Positions 19,143 to 30,802 of a stretch of 64,000 nucleotides of DNA are shown here, piece after piece. The notes under the pieces are model-generated. The model saw nothing but the letters and a program-made list of their open reading frames with translations. It made no database searches and was not told the DNA's origin. A program made the position numbers and the translations under genes. The stretch is from Deltaproteobacteria bacterium (lineage in GTDB: Bacteria; Myxococcota_A; Polyangia; Polyangiales; Houyiibacteriaceae): assembly GCA_034670305.1 (NCBI GenBank), contig JAXMNT010000006.1, positions 172,980 to 236,979 of the forward strand. The letters are read 5' to 3'. Each line of letters starts with the position of its first letter. Within the stretch, counting starts at the first letter, position 1.

Positions 19143-20282
19143 CTACTTCTCGTCCCAGGCGACTTCCGCGAGGGACGCGCCCAGGCGGTGGCTGCTGGTC
19201 ACCGAGATCCGGATGCGTTCCACATCGTCGAATTCTGCGGGGTGGGACACCCATTCGGGGGCCGGGGCCAAGCGCTCGAACTCGCCTTCGATCTCGGTGA
19301 GCTTGTTGCCCGAGCTGTCGAAGAGCTCGATCTTGTAGCCCTTCACAGCGCGATCGTTGTAGTGCCGGTTGTGTCCGTTGAGGATGCGCACCGCGCTGAT
19401 CGAGCGCGCCGGCGACAGACGGCCTTCGACCCAGCCGGTCTGGCGGTCGTTGAGCAGCCACTCGGTGTGCTCGTCGCCGTCGAACACGTTGTCCGGTGAG
19501 AACTGCGCGTCGTTCCGGTAGAAGGCGCTGGCGGTCGAGAAGACCCGGTGGGGCGTCCGGACCATCAGCCACGTGCCCACCAGACACGCTGCGATCACGG
19601 TCGCCGTGGTCGCCCAGCGCTGCATGCGGCGCCAGCGGATCTGCCCGAGCGTCATCGACGCGCTGGAGAGCACCCGATCCACGTCCTGACGGCCGCGGCT
19701 CACATCCTTGTAGAGCTCGGCGTGCGCAGCCGATACGGCGCCATCCAGTGCGGGCAGTGCGGCTTCGCTGAGCGACGCCTTCGACATCTTCACCCGCTCG
19801 AGCCGCTCCGCATCGAGCCCCCGCGCCCGAAGCACGGTCTTCCAGTCGGCGAACGCATCGGGTTCGGCTTCGGCTTCGGCTTCGACTTCGGCTTCGGCTT
19901 CGGAGTCGGAGTCGGCTTCGGAGTCGGCTTCGGGTTCAGCGCCGGCGTCGGCTTCGGCGTCGGCTTCGGAGTCGGTTTCGGAGTCCGGCTCATCGGCGTC
20001 GTCCAACGCTTCGGCGATCGCGGCGACCGGCGTCTTCTTCACCGGGCCACCCACCCCGAGCGCTTCGGCTGCACCGAGCGTGCACTCGAGTGCATCCACC
20101 GCGAGGCGCAGTCCTTCGGCCGCATGGCCGTTGGACCAAAGCGCTTCGGCTGCATCGGCGCGCTGCCGACCGAGCGCCAGCCCCTCCGCCACGGCTTCAC
20201 GCGCGGACGCGGGACGGCCCTTCGCCTCTTCGGCGGCCTGTTTGAGGAGGAACCACTCCTTCACCCGTGCGGCGATGGCCAT
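19143..20282 (-). CDS. Membrane protein with an acidic (EA/DA) linker and a C-terminal discoidin/F5-8 type C-like glycan-binding domain
   Basis: Start [13 protein letters not shown] helix [20 protein letters not shown]-terminal TASAFY...[13 protein letters not shown]...ISAVRILNG...ASLAEV. Confidence 0.75.
   Translation of the reverse strand: MAIAARVKEWFLLKQAAEEAKGRPASAREAVAEGLALGRQRADAAEALWSNGHAAEGLRLAVDALECTLGAAEALGVGGPVKKTPVAAIAEALDDADEPDSETDSEADAEADAGAEPEADSEADSDSEAEAEVEAEAEAEPDAFADWKTVLRARGLDAERLERVKMSKASLSEAALPALDGAVSAAHAELYKDVSRGRQDVDRVLSSASMTLGQIRWRRMQRWATTATVIAACLVGTWLMVRTPHRVFSTASAFYRNDAQFSPDNVFDGDEHTEWLLNDRQTGWVEGRLSPARSISAVRILNGHNRHYNDRAVKGYKIELFDSSGNKLTEIEGEFERLAPAPEWVSHPAEFDDVERIRISVTSSHRLGASLAEVAWDEK
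19861..19990. repeat. Intragenic degenerate hexamer tract (GCCGAA/TCCGAC on the minus strand) encoding the EA/DS linker
   Basis: Same NCCGAN unit as the intergenic tracts, in frame within the 19143-20282 CDS. Confidence 0.85.
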
Positions 20283-20350
20283 CGGGCCGGCTCTTACCAC
20301 GATGTGGGTCCGGGACAAAGCAAACCAAGTCCGCGGTGTGTCGTCCCAAC

Positions 20351-22414
20351 TCAGCGGTCGAAGTAGACGTCTCGGTCGAAGTCCCGGTAGAGGTCGTAGT
20401 TCGTCTCGTAGTTCATGACGAATCGCCCGCAAATCACGGTGACGAGCACCAGGGAGCACACCATGGCGCCGCGCGCGAAACGCTGGAAGCCGTGGGTGGG
20501 CCAGACCTGCACGAGTCCCCAAGGCGCGAGGAGCAGCGCGGTCAGGCCAGTGACGATCCAGCGCAGCTCGCCCCAGTTGTTGGGCTGCTTCATCCACGCC
20601 GGCTCGACCGCAAAGTTCATCGTGTAGAGGACCAGCACGACGCCGATGAGGGTGCCTTTGAAGAGATCGGGGCGGCGCCAGGCTTCGGCGAGGAAGCGGC
20701 CGCAGCCGAGACAGAGCCAAGGATAGAGCGGCACGATGTACCAGCCGAAGGTCCAGTTGCCGGTCCCGATGGTGATCGCGCCGAGGTAGGTGAGCAGCGG
20801 GATGGCAACGTAGGAAGAGCGTTTCCACGAGCGGCCGACGTGCGCGGCGGTGGTGCCGAGCCAGAGGAAGAGGATCCAGCCGCGGCCGATCACGCTGTGG
20901 TTGATCAGCGTCACGTCGAACCAGCGCATGAAGATGTTGAAGTGGAGCGGCCGGGTGCCCTGCTTCTCGGTCGCGTAGACGAACGTGCTCCAGTCGATGA
21001 CGGCGCCGAAGAGCAAGAAGAGCCCACCGGTCGCGATGCCGGCGGTGGCGACGATCAGCGTCGCGCGAAGCCGCTCCTCACGCGGCAGGGCGAGCGCGAG
21101 CATGATGACCGCGAGCACGTACGCCGCGCCGGTGACCTTCGCGAGTGCACACATCCCGGCGAGCACGCCGCACATGACGAGTGCGCGGGTCTTGCCGTGT
21201 TCTCGCCACCGTAAGAAACACCAGACCGCGCCCAGGGAGAGCGTGCCGAGCAGGGCCTCTTCTTTGATGACCCGCGTCTGCAGAACGATCGTGGGTAAGA
21301 TCGCGTAGAGCAGTGCACCGAACCACGGGGCCGGACCGTGGGGGTCGACCCGGCGCCCGACCAGGAAGAGCAGCAGCAGCGTGGGTATGCACAGCAGGAC
21401 CGGCACCAGACGCGTGTGTTTGAGTTTGCTGTGCGCGTAATGCTCGGCACCACCGAGGTGCGCCGCCGCGCCGACCAGCACGTGGGTGAGCGGCGGGTGT
21501 TCGAAGTAGGGCTGGATGATCGCCCAGTCGAGTCCGAAGTACTGAAGCCGCTCGTGGTGCACCCGGCCGCCGTAGATCGGCGCCCACAGGGACCAGCCGC
21601 GGGTCTCGCCACTCTCGAGCAGCTGCCATCCGTTCCACGTCGCGAAGAGTTCGTCACCGTTCTCGCGAAAGTCCGGCATGACGTCGTAGTCGTAGAGCCG
21701 GAACCCGAGGCCGAGGACCAGGATGCCCGCGAGGGCGATGCCGCCGAGGATGCGGACGCGGCCCTTCAGCGACGCGGCGCGTGCGCGGTAGAACGCCGCC
21801 CCGAGGCCCAGAGCAGCGAGCATCATCAAGACCCAGAGCCACACCCGGCTCTTCGGCCAGCGGGTGTCTGGTGCGAAGAGTTTCGCGGGCACCTCGTCGC
21901 AGCTCTCGCCGCGACAGAGTTCCCAGCCGAGCCGGATCCCGGAGCGCTGGAAGTCGCCCGACCAGTCCACCACCAAGCGGTGGTCTCCGACCTCGAGGGT
22001 GCGTTCGCTGCGAAGGGTTTCTCCGTCGAGCGTCACTCGGACACGGTTCGAGCCACGCACGGCCAGCCGGTACCCTGAGCGCGGAACCGTCAGGGTGGTT
22101 CGCAGTTGGGCACGAAAGGGAAAGAGCTGGGCTGGGATCCCATCGCGCTCGAAGTTCCAACCTTGGATGTAGCGGCTGAGTGCTCGGCGTTCGTTCGGAA
22201 ACTGGGCGCGGTGTTCGACCGTGTGATCGACGACGCGCCATTCGCCGTCGACCTCGGCGCGCCAGGTGGCGTCCACGCCGTGGGCGAGGTGTCCGTCGAC
22301 GAGGACAGCGGTGGCGACGACCGCGACGAAGGCGAGGGCACCCCACACGGCCGCGGGCCGGTTCAGGGTTCGCGTTCGGGGCGCGCGGGGTGGGGGGGTG
22401 ACGGCCGGCGCCAT
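20351..22414 (-). CDS. GT-C glycosyltransferase (ArnT/GT39/GT83-like) with an N-terminal PA14-like periplasmic domain
   Basis: GLGFRL...ENGDE acidic motif after a TM helix, YFEHPPL, ALAKVTG, many TM helices. Confidence 0.8.
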   Translation of the reverse strand: MAPAVTPPPRAPRTRTLNRPAAVWGALAFVAVVATAVLVDGHLAHGVDATWRAEVDGEWRVVDHTVEHRAQFPNERRALSRYIQGWNFERDGIPAQLFPFRAQLRTTLTVPRSGYRLAVRGSNRVRVTLDGETLRSERTLEVGDHRLVVDWSGDFQRSGIRLGWELCRGESCDEVPAKLFAPDTRWPKSRVWLWVLMMLAALGLGAAFYRARAASLKGRVRILGGIALAGILVLGLGFRLYDYDVMPDFRENGDELFATWNGWQLLESGETRGWSLWAPIYGGRVHHERLQYFGLDWAIIQPYFEHPPLTHVLVGAAAHLGGAEHYAHSKLKHTRLVPVLLCIPTLLLLFLVGRRVDPHGPAPWFGALLYAILPTIVLQTRVIKEEALLGTLSLGAVWCFLRWREHGKTRALVMCGVLAGMCALAKVTGAAYVLAVIMLALALPREERLRATLIVATAGIATGGLFLLFGAVIDWSTFVYATEKQGTRPLHFNIFMRWFDVTLINHSVIGRGWILFLWLGTTAAHVGRSWKRSSYVAIPLLTYLGAITIGTGNWTFGWYIVPLYPWLCLGCGRFLAEAWRRPDLFKGTLIGVVLVLYTMNFAVEPAWMKQPNNWGELRWIVTGLTALLLAPWGLVQVWPTHGFQRFARGAMVCSLVLVTVICGRFVMNYETNYDLYRDFDRDVYFDR

Positions 22415-22493
22415 GGCGGGGGCGGAGGATAGCGGGGGGAGCCGGGGCTACAAGTGGGATCTTTCGATGAAATCGGCGAAGTCGATGGGACAC

Positions 22494-22728
<235 letters not shown>

Positions 22729-22782
22729 AGCGTTTATCCCGGGCAGGCGTTTGGGGGCGGTTGGCGGTATGGTCCGCGCGCA

Positions 22783-24783
22783 GTGGCGCGTATGGGGAGA
22801 ATGCGGAGGGTCGGGCGCTGGGTGCGCGACTCGTTCGAGCGGGTGCGGAGGCGGCGGTTGGCGGTCCAGGGCATGCTCGTGGTGCTCGTTGGCTACACCG
22901 TCATGTCGCTCGCGACGCCCATGCCGGTCGCGCTGCATGGGGACGGTTGGTACACGTATCTGTGGGCGCGCACGATCGTGTTCGACGGCGACATCGACTT
23001 CGCCAACGACTACGAGATCTGCGGCGACCCGTGGGACCTGCGGAACAACCCGGTCGGCGACAACCTCAACTACTGGAACCCGGGACCAGCGCTCTTCTGG
23101 GTGCCCATCCTCGCGTTCGACCGGGCGACCCATCACCCTGCGCTCGACTCGGCCGACCCGCACGAGGCGCTCGCGTGCCGTGGGCCGATGGGGGAGCGGG
23201 CGGTGCGGGGCACGGTGCTCGCGGGCATCCTTACGGCGCTCTTCGGGCTGGTGGTGGCGCGGCGGCACTTCGGCGACGGCGCGGCGGTGGCGGGCGCGCT
23301 CGGCATCGCCTTCCTCGGGCCACTTCTCTACTACTCCACGATCCTCGTGAGCTACGGCCACGCCGCGTCGAGCTGCGCGGCGGGCTTGGCGTTCCTCGGA
23401 TGGGAGCGTTGGCGAAGTCGCGGCGACCCGCGCGCGGCGCCGAGCGGTGCGCGCTGGAGCGACGCGCCCTGGACGCGGTGGGCGGTCATGGGCGGGCTCT
23501 TCGGGTTCGCGATGTTGAGCCGCGCGCAGAACGCGGTGCTCGTGCTCCTGCCGTTCGGAAGCTGGGTCGCGGTCGCCTGGCAGATCGGACGCGCACCGGC
23601 TCCGCGGGCACGATTGATCCGCCATGTGTGCGCGGGGATCGCGTTCACCGCGGCGCTGCTCTTGGTCTTCTTTCCGCAGATCTGGTTCTGGCACCAGACC
23701 ACCGGCAGCTGGATCACCGTCCCGCAGGGCTCGGGCTACATGCGGTGGGCGCACTCGATGTGGCACAAGTCGCTCTTCTCTTCGCAGGGCCTCTTCGCGT
23801 GGAGCCCGGTGCACTACCTCTCGCTCTTCGGGTTCATCGCGCTCGCATGCCGCGTCCGCAGCCGCACCCTCGGACTCTCGCTCCTCTTCTTGTTTGCGGT
23901 CGAGAGCTACGTCGTCGGCGCGGCGTACGACTGGAACGGGAGCGTCGGGTTTCCCGGTCGGCGCTTCGACGCGATGGCGGTGCCGTTCATGTTCGGGCTC
24001 GCCGCGTTCGCGGCAGAGGTCGCGCGGTGGAGTCGTCGCCGCTCGGGCCGCATGCCGGGGTTGGCGGCCACCGTTGCGTTCGTCGCGCTTTTCGGTTGGT
24101 CCCTGAGCGTCACGCTTGGTGCGGCGCGCGCGCTTCGCACCGACACCGCGCGCCCGTCGACCGAAGCGTGGGCCGACACCTTCACGCGTTTGCCGCCGAA
24201 GGTGCACCGGTCGTTGGGCAACCCACTCACCTGGCCCGCGTCGTTGCCCTTCGCTTGGTTCTACGACGCGCATCCCTCGCGCTGGGATGTGGTGGGCGGG
24301 CCGGAGCTCTTTCATCACGACGAGCGCTCGCTGAACTACCGGCCCGGCTCTTCGACGGTGGTGATGAACTCGCCGACCGCCGCCGCCTACTTCGACGACG
24401 CGGTGCAGTCCGAACACGAACGCCGCACCGGCTTCCGATTCGGCCCGGGGGTCCACCGGATGCTGCTCCCCATCCACTGGCCGGACGTGGGCGCATTGCA
24501 GTGGACGGTCACCCCGGTGACCGAGGGGGCCAAACTCGGCGTCTCGGTCGGCCCCGTGCGGCTCGGCACCCAGCGCGTGGCGGCGCCCGGTCAGCGGCTC
24601 CGGTTCACGACGCCGCTCGGTGCGTTCGAGCAGGGCATCAACGGGGTGTACCTCTGGGTCGAGGGCGTGGTGCTCATCGAGCAGCTGCAGATCCTCGACA
24701 CCGATCCACCACCGAGCGAAGGCGCCCGCATCGAGAACGACCGGCTGCGAAGACTGCGCGACGAAGCCCGACAGGGGCGGTAG
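22783..24783 (+). CDS. Polytopic membrane protein, probable GT-C glycosyltransferase
   Basis: [25 protein letters not shown] loop after TM1; [29 protein letters not shown]; soluble C-terminal domain. Confidence 0.75.
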   Translation: MARMGRMRRVGRWVRDSFERVRRRRLAVQGMLVVLVGYTVMSLATPMPVALHGDGWYTYLWARTIVFDGDIDFANDYEICGDPWDLRNNPVGDNLNYWNPGPALFWVPILAFDRATHHPALDSADPHEALACRGPMGERAVRGTVLAGILTALFGLVVARRHFGDGAAVAGALGIAFLGPLLYYSTILVSYGHAASSCAAGLAFLGWERWRSRGDPRAAPSGARWSDAPWTRWAVMGGLFGFAMLSRAQNAVLVLLPFGSWVAVAWQIGRAPAPRARLIRHVCAGIAFTAALLLVFFPQIWFWHQTTGSWITVPQGSGYMRWAHSMWHKSLFSSQGLFAWSPVHYLSLFGFIALACRVRSRTLGLSLLFLFAVESYVVGAAYDWNGSVGFPGRRFDAMAVPFMFGLAAFAAEVARWSRRRSGRMPGLAATVAFVALFGWSLSVTLGAARALRTDTARPSTEAWADTFTRLPPKVHRSLGNPLTWPASLPFAWFYDAHPSRWDVVGGPELFHHDERSLNYRPGSSTVVMNSPTAAAYFDDAVQSEHERRTGFRFGPGVHRMLLPIHWPDVGALQWTVTPVTEGAKLGVSVGPVRLGTQRVAAPGQRLRFTTPLGAFEQGINGVYLWVEGVVLIEQLQILDTDPPPSEGARIENDRLRRLRDEARQGR

Positions 24784-24788
24784 ACCAT

Positions 24789-24804
24789 GTCGGTTTCGAC
24801 CGAC
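24789..24804. terminator. Hairpin GTCGGT-TTCG-ACCGAC just after the stop; possible terminator or stabiliser (no U tract)
   Basis: 6-bp perfect stem with a TTCG loop. Confidence 0.35.
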
Positions 24805-24992
24805 CGCGCGCTGAGATGCTCTGCGCACGTCGCTTCAAGAAGATCTCTATGCGGTTGGAGAGACTTCGTTGGTTGGACGTGGGCGGCCGAACGGATCTGC
24901 GCGGTGACGCGATCGAGAGCGTGCCGGATTCAGTCGCCGCCGCCATGCGCGCCGCCGGCTGGCCTCGCTGAGCGCGCTGGCTGTCTCCGCGG

Positions 24993-25700
24993 TCAGCGCG
25001 AGGTGGTCTGTGTCGCGTCGACACAGCAGCGCACGCCCTGGCCGGACCACGCCTCTTCGGTTGGCTGATGGCTCGGCTGGTAGGTGCACCGCGCGTAGCT
25101 CTCCGGGGTGCCGAACGAACCACCGATGGTCTCCCGCAGGTCGCCGCTCGCGTCGGTGTCCGACAGCCACTCGCCGAGGTTGCCCGCCAAGTCGTACACG
25201 CCTTCGGGCGTGACGCAGCCGGTGCGCGCACCGCCTGGCTCGAGCGACGACTGACTGACGCCTTCTTCGAAGGTGGCGTCGTTGCAGCGGCCCGGCTCGT
25301 GTTCCGTGCCGTAGGGGAAGGTGCGGGCGTCGCGCCCGCCGCAGGCGCGTTGCCATTCGCGCCGGGTGCAGAGCCGGAAGCCCGAGGTGCGGCACAAGCG
25401 GTCTGCGTCCTGCCAGCTCAAGGCATCGGTCGGAAGTTCGCCGCGCGCGGGCACGGTGGTGCCGCGTTGCACCCGGACCTCGTACCGATCGATGCACGCT
25501 TCCATGCCCGGGATGAGCGCCATGCGATCGGGGCAGGTGGGCACGGTCGGACCGGACGCGGACGGCCCCGACGGCTCGCACCCAAGCGAGCCCACGGTGA
25601 CGAACGCGGCCACGACCAGCAGTGCTTGCTTCGGGAGTCGCAGTCGCAGTGCTGGCTTCGGGAGTCGCAGTGCTGGCTTTGGAAATCGCAGTCGAAACAA
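24993..25700 (-). CDS. Formylglycine-generating enzyme (SUMF1/EgtB/PvdO) domain lipoprotein
   Basis: Lipobox SLGC; CPDRMALIP; CIDRYE; RLCTRREWQRAC; FPYG; GVYDLAGNLGEW; GVRCC. Confidence 0.85.
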   Translation of the reverse strand: MFRLRFPKPALRLPKPALRLRLPKQALLVVAAFVTVGSLGCEPSGPSASGPTVPTCPDRMALIPGMEACIDRYEVRVQRGTTVPARGELPTDALSWQDADRLCRTSGFRLCTRREWQRACGGRDARTFPYGTEHEPGRCNDATFEEGVSQSSLEPGGARTGCVTPEGVYDLAGNLGEWLSDTDASGDLRETIGGSFGTPESYARCTYQPSHQPTEEAWSGQGVRCCVDATQTTSR

Positions 25701-25720
25701 ACGCAGCTCAGCGACTCAGA

Positions 25721-28663
25721 TCAGTACGCCCACGACGCGCGGATCTCGTGGAGGATCGGTCGGCCGGAGCCGCCGGTTCGGTAGAGCCGGGCGTCGACCT
25801 GCAGGTACCGGTGCCGATGCAAGTCCGCCATGCAGGTCGAGAGATCCGCAGGCGAAGGTTCGAACGGTCCGCAGGGGGTCGCACCCGCGAGGCCCGCGAC
25901 GGTGTCGGCGCTGCGCACGGTCATGTCGATGCCGGTCATGGCCGGCTCGTCGCTGTCCCACTCGACGCTGGTCCAGTATGGCGTCGCGTAGCCGGAGTCG
26001 AAGACCTGAGACCAGGTGCCTTCCGGCGCCACGAACGTACGGAGCAAGTGTCCGGTCATGTCCGAGTAGCTGTACAGCTCTTGACCCGCGTCGACGACGT
26101 AGGAGGCCTGCAGCACACAGTCGGTGTTGTAGACACTGACCGTGCCGGAGGTGAACCGGCTCGGCATCCAGATGCGGCCGTCTCGGTCGACGGCGACGCC
26201 GTGCGGGTTCGCGCCTGCCCCAACGGGCGCGCGGCAACGTTCGGTGCCATCGGCGTTGATGCCGATGACCTGGTTCACGCCGTAGCCGGATCCCCAGATC
26301 GTCCCATCCGGGTGGACCGTGACACCGGTGACCTGGCTGACCGCGGTGTCGGTTCGCACGCCGGTCGTTCGGTCGATGTAGTGGACCGGTCCGCCTCCGC
26401 CCCATCCGCCGAACCACATGCGGTTCATGCCGTCGGGCGCGATGCCGTAGAACCAGGGGTTCGCGAAGCTCGAGGTGCTGTAGTCCGAGATGCGGACCCG
26501 AATCGAGTTCGGGCTCGACGACGTCCAGACGTAGCCGTCCGGATCAGCGGTGAGGCCGTAGATGTTCACGCCGGTCTCGACCGTGTTGAGCACGACACAG
26601 GTCGGCGGGCTGGTGCTGGTGTCCACCATCGAGCCGCTGATGTGGAAGAGGCGGCCGCCGCTGTAGGAGCCAGCCCAGATGTCGCCCGCCGCGTCGATCG
26701 CGACGGAGCGCGCGATGTTGAGCACCGGCGCGCGGCAGATGAGGCTGCCGTCTGCCGCATCGAGGTGGACCACGTTGGACTGGTTCACATCCGCGGGGTT
26801 GCTGCCGGTGTGCGCCCGGTTGCTCACCCAGACGCTGCCGTCTTCCGCGACCGCGGTGCGCGACGGATAACGGCCGTGCGAGGTGACCTGCCAGTTCTTC
26901 ACGCCAGTGCGGGTGTCGAGCTGCGCGACCTGGTTGCGGGCTGTGACCGCGATGTAGATGTAGTCGAAGTCCGTGGTCGACTGGCCGAGCGTGACGCTGC
27001 CGGGGAAGTCCGGGTGCTCTTCGATGCTCTCGCAGGTCCGCCCTTCCGCTTCACAGTCGGCGGGTGTGTCCCACGTGTCGGTGAAGCAGGGCTCCGGCTC
27101 GCAGGTGCCGCAAGCGTTGGCGACGCGCTCGTCGACGATGCCGTCGCAGTCGTCGTCGGTGGTGTTGCAGACTTCGACCGGCTCCGCGCCGCACTCACCG
27201 CAGGCGTTGCTCACGCCTTCGTCGGTCAGCCCATCGCAGTCCTGGTCCATGCCGTCGCAGATCTCGGTCGGGTCGCAGAACCCGCAGGCGTTGCTTCCGA
27301 TCGCCCCGCGCTCGTCGATCTCGCCGTCGCAGTCGTCGTCTTCGCCGTTGCAGATCTCGGGCTGCGGCAACATCTGGCCGAGGCATTCGCCGAACACGGG
27401 GAACTCTTCGCCGCCTTCGCAGATGTGGCTGCCGCCGTAGCAACTGCCGACGCCGAGCGTGTCGGGCGGGCCGCCGTAGCAGTCCGCGGTCTCTCCGGTC
27501 GCGCACGAGCATCCGTCGTCGACCAGGCCGTTGCAGTCGTCGTCGAATCCGTTGCCACATTCTTCGCTGGCCGCGGGCATGCCACAGCCGCCGCACGCGT
27601 TGCGCGCGCCTTCGTCCGAGACTCCGTCGCAGTCGTCGTCGATGTCGTTGCAGCGTTCGGTCGCGCCCGGCCGGACCTCGGGGTCGGTGTCGTCGCAGTC
27701 GAGGGGCCACGCGGATCCGTCGGAGTCGGCGTCGCGACAGCCTTCATCGATCCGTCCGTCGCAGTCCTCGTCGGCGCCGTTGGCGGCGCCGCCTTCGCAC
27801 TCGGTGACCGGCGTGACCTGGCCGGCACACATGCCCCACATGTTCTCCCCGGTGACGTCGTCGACCATGCAGTCGCGGCGTCCGCCGGTGCAGAGGCCGC
27901 GTCCTTGGGTGCGGAACGGTCCTTCGTAGCAGGGCTGGTTCGTCGGCGGCCGACACTCGCAGTCGGTGCCTTCAGGGCACATGCAGCGGTAGTCGCAGTT
28001 GCAGCCTTCGTCGACGAGCCCGTCGCAGTCTTCGTCTTCGTCGGTGCCGCACTCCTCGGCGACTTCTTCGCCGCACGCGCCGCATGCGTTGCGCAGACCT
28101 TCGTCGACGAGCCCGTCGCAGTCGTCGTCGAGGAAGTTGCAAGCGTCGACGCCCTCTTCCACGCCCGGACCGATCGCGCCTCGACATTCGCCCGCGACGC
28201 CGTCCTCGATGCACACCGCGACGCCGCGTCGGCAGACGCCCACGCCGGCCGTCACCGGGTCGCCCTCGTAGCAGCCGATGCGGTCGCCGCGCTCGCAGGT
28301 GCAGTCGGCTTCGTCGGTCTCGCCATCGCAGTCGTCGTCGGTGCCGTTGCCACACACTTCGTCGGCGCCGGGGCTCGTGCCACGGTTGCGATCGTCGCAG
28401 TCGTTGCCGCTCGGACAGTCGACGGTGTTGCCGTCGTAGCCGTCGCCGTCCCCGTCGATGCAGGTCTCGCCGACCATCGTGTCGGCGCCGCCGGTGTCGC
28501 CGGTCATGCCGGAGTCGCGGGCGCGGCAGTTGCCGTCGATGCACACGCTGCCTGCGGGGCAGTCGGCGGTGGTGGTGCAACTCTCGCCGCTCCCTCCGCC
28601 GCAGTCGCATGCCGCGATGAGAAGGAGAGACAAACAAGCGGAATAAGAGGCGCGGCTGATCAT
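25721..28663 (-). CDS. Lipoprotein with nine MopE-like putative metal-binding repeats and a C-terminal Vgb-like beta-propeller
   Basis: Lipobox IAAC. Nine E-x-C-x(n)-DDDCDG-x-x-DE type repeats. PSRTAV, GVAVDRDGRIW and YSYSDMTG in the C-terminal half. Start ATG 28663. Confidence 0.87.
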   Translation of the reverse strand: MISRASYSACLSLLLIAACDCGGGSGESCTTTADCPAGSVCIDGNCRARDSGMTGDTGGADTMVGETCIDGDGDGYDGNTVDCPSGNDCDDRNRGTSPGADEVCGNGTDDDCDGETDEADCTCERGDRIGCYEGDPVTAGVGVCRRGVAVCIEDGVAGECRGAIGPGVEEGVDACNFLDDDCDGLVDEGLRNACGACGEEVAEECGTDEDEDCDGLVDEGCNCDYRCMCPEGTDCECRPPTNQPCYEGPFRTQGRGLCTGGRRDCMVDDVTGENMWGMCAGQVTPVTECEGGAANGADEDCDGRIDEGCRDADSDGSAWPLDCDDTDPEVRPGATERCNDIDDDCDGVSDEGARNACGGCGMPAASEECGNGFDDDCNGLVDDGCSCATGETADCYGGPPDTLGVGSCYGGSHICEGGEEFPVFGECLGQMLPQPEICNGEDDDCDGEIDERGAIGSNACGFCDPTEICDGMDQDCDGLTDEGVSNACGECGAEPVEVCNTTDDDCDGIVDERVANACGTCEPEPCFTDTWDTPADCEAEGRTCESIEEHPDFPGSVTLGQSTTDFDYIYIAVTARNQVAQLDTRTGVKNWQVTSHGRYPSRTAVAEDGSVWVSNRAHTGSNPADVNQSNVVHLDAADGSLICRAPVLNIARSVAIDAAGDIWAGSYSGGRLFHISGSMVDTSTSPPTCVVLNTVETGVNIYGLTADPDGYVWTSSSPNSIRVRISDYSTSSFANPWFYGIAPDGMNRMWFGGWGGGGPVHYIDRTTGVRTDTAVSQVTGVTVHPDGTIWGSGYGVNQVIGINADGTERCRAPVGAGANPHGVAVDRDGRIWMPSRFTSGTVSVYNTDCVLQASYVVDAGQELYSYSDMTGHLLRTFVAPEGTWSQVFDSGYATPYWTSVEWDSDEPAMTGIDMTVRSADTVAGLAGATPCGPFEPSPADLSTCMADLHRHRYLQVDARLYRTGGSGRPILHEIRASWAY

Positions 28664-28712
28664 GGAACCAGCAGTGTACGCGCTCTGCGCACCGCCAGAC
28701 AGGGGGAGACCG

Positions 28713-30491
28713 CTAGTTCGGTCGAATTCTTGGTCGACGTCGTCGCCAAGTTGGCACAAGCCACATCAGGAGGGTGCCCACCAGCCCCGCGCTCCCCACC
28801 CCGATCGCGGCGCTCAGCGTCTCGGGGCGGTAACGAAGCCGAACGGTCTGGGTGCCCTCCGGCAGATCCCGCACCTCCAGAAGCCCGTTGTCGCCGGCCG
28901 CCACGGTTCCGATCGAGCTCGACCAACCGCGCGCCCAGGTCTGGTTCACCACCAGGGTGCCGCCCTTGGACTCGACCTCGATCGCCATCGTATTCGCGGT
29001 GCGGCCGAGCCAGGTCACTCGGCTCTCTGCGCGCGCGTCGCCCGCCATGCGGGCCTGCGGCACCCGGCCCACGCGGAGTCCGGGCGCGGCCGGGTAGGTC
29101 ATGCCGGTGTAGCAGCCCTGGGTACTGACCCCGCGGGCGGGGAAACTCGCGTAGCTCCCGTACTCGCCCATCGAGGTGATCTCGTAGCGGGCGGATCGGT
29201 CCACCGGAGGCAGCGGTGCGCCCCGCCAGCGGTCGATGACTTCGGCGTTGCCCCACGCCAGATGCAGCACGACGGACAGCGTGAGGAGCACGGGGAACGC
29301 GCGCCGCCATGCCCAGAGATCGACCGGCACGTTCAAGGTCGCGAGGCGACCGAGCATCCACTGCACGGTCACACCCGCGCAGAGCGCGAGGTAAAACGTG
29401 AACAGCACCGCGAACCGGGAGGGCACCCGAAGCGAGCCGTAGATGGGCAGCGCGTGGAGCAAGGTCCACGGATGAAGCTTGCTCACGCTGCCCATCATCA
29501 TGAGCCCGAAGAAGACGAGACCGAGCACGACTTGCCGGTGCGGCCTATCCGACCCCCGGTGCGCACTGGTTGGGGGGCGGCGCTGCCACGCCAGCACGAC
29601 GCCGGCGAGCCCAAGCAGCAAGGCGATCCAACCGATGAACGTCCCGTACTCCGCCCACACGTACTCGTGTCCCGGAAAGCCGTAGTCGTACTCCTTGGAG
29701 GTGAGCATCGCGATCACCTCTTGGAGCGAGAGCTTGTCTCCGCCCGAGGTCGGCCGCGGGTAGTGCGCCATGGTGTCGAGGATCGGCAGGAGCCGAAACC
29801 CACACGCGAGCAACATCAGCGGGAGCGTGAAGAGGCCGGCGCGCACGACGCCTTTGGCGTTGTCCCGTCGGGCGATGCGGTAGATCCCGTCGAACGCGAG
29901 CAGCAGACAGAAGTACGGGAACGGGTACACGCCGCCTTCGAGCACCGTGAGCGCGAGAATGGCCACGACCGCTGCCACATACCGGACGTCGCGGGCCGCG
30001 GCGTGCCACGCGAGCAGCAGCCAAGGCACGAAGTAGAACGGGAGGAAGGCGCTGTGACCGCCGCTGCCGTGCCATGCGAAGAACCCGCTCCCGGCCCACA
30101 CGAGCGACGCCATCACCGACGGCCACGGCCCAAGCCCCATGCGGCGCTGCGCGAAGCGGTACATGCCGGCGAAGCCGATCGCGGTGTGGATCAGCAGGAA
30201 GAGTTTCAACCCGTGCGTGGTGCCGAACGGCAACACCAACCAGAAGAGCGGGGAGTACGCCTGCAACTGCGGGTCGCCGAAGAGCACGACCCCACCGCAG
30301 TGCCAAGGGTTCCACAGCGGCGCTTCGCCATAGCGCACCACGCTGACGTAGGACGCTTCCCACTGGTGCTGGAACTGCTGCCAGTCGCCGAAGCCGGTCT
30401 CGCTCCAATGCCACAGCGCAGGCGACCAGTAGAGGGCCGCCGCGGCCAACGAACACAGGGAAACGATCGCCCAACGCGGCACGGCCGCCAC
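28713..30491 (-). CDS. YfhO-like GT-C membrane protein; start uncertain (GTG 30491)
   Basis: GDWQQF...[44 protein letters not shown] followed by a C-terminal TM helix. Confidence 0.78.
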   Translation of the reverse strand: MAAVPRWAIVSLCSLAAAALYWSPALWHWSETGFGDWQQFQHQWEASYVSVVRYGEAPLWNPWHCGGVVLFGDPQLQAYSPLFWLVLPFGTTHGLKLFLLIHTAIGFAGMYRFAQRRMGLGPWPSVMASLVWAGSGFFAWHGSGGHSAFLPFYFVPWLLLAWHAAARDVRYVAAVVAILALTVLEGGVYPFPYFCLLLAFDGIYRIARRDNAKGVVRAGLFTLPLMLLACGFRLLPILDTMAHYPRPTSGGDKLSLQEVIAMLTSKEYDYGFPGHEYVWAEYGTFIGWIALLLGLAGVVLAWQRRPPTSAHRGSDRPHRQVVLGLVFFGLMMMGSVSKLHPWTLLHALPIYGSLRVPSRFAVLFTFYLALCAGVTVQWMLGRLATLNVPVDLWAWRRAFPVLLTLSVVLHLAWGNAEVIDRWRGAPLPPVDRSARYEITSMGEYGSYASFPARGVSTQGCYTGMTYPAAPGLRVGRVPQARMAGDARAESRVTWLGRTANTMAIEVESKGGTLVVNQTWARGWSSSIGTVAAGDNGLLEVRDLPEGTQTVRLRYRPETLSAAIGVGSAGLVGTLLMWLVPTWRRRRPRIRPN

Positions 30492-30555
30492 CCTGCGATG
30501 GAAGGCGGCGAAACGCCAGCCCGACCAAGGGGCCGCTTGTTCTGCGGCGTCAGAT

Positions 30556-30790
<235 letters not shown>

Positions 30791-30802
30791 CGGCTCCGCC
30801 CG

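Noticed and set aside
24993-25700. Diversity-generating retroelement target (FGE/CLec fold)
   Set aside because: No reverse transcriptase, Avd or template-repeat copy of the 3' end is seen in the window.
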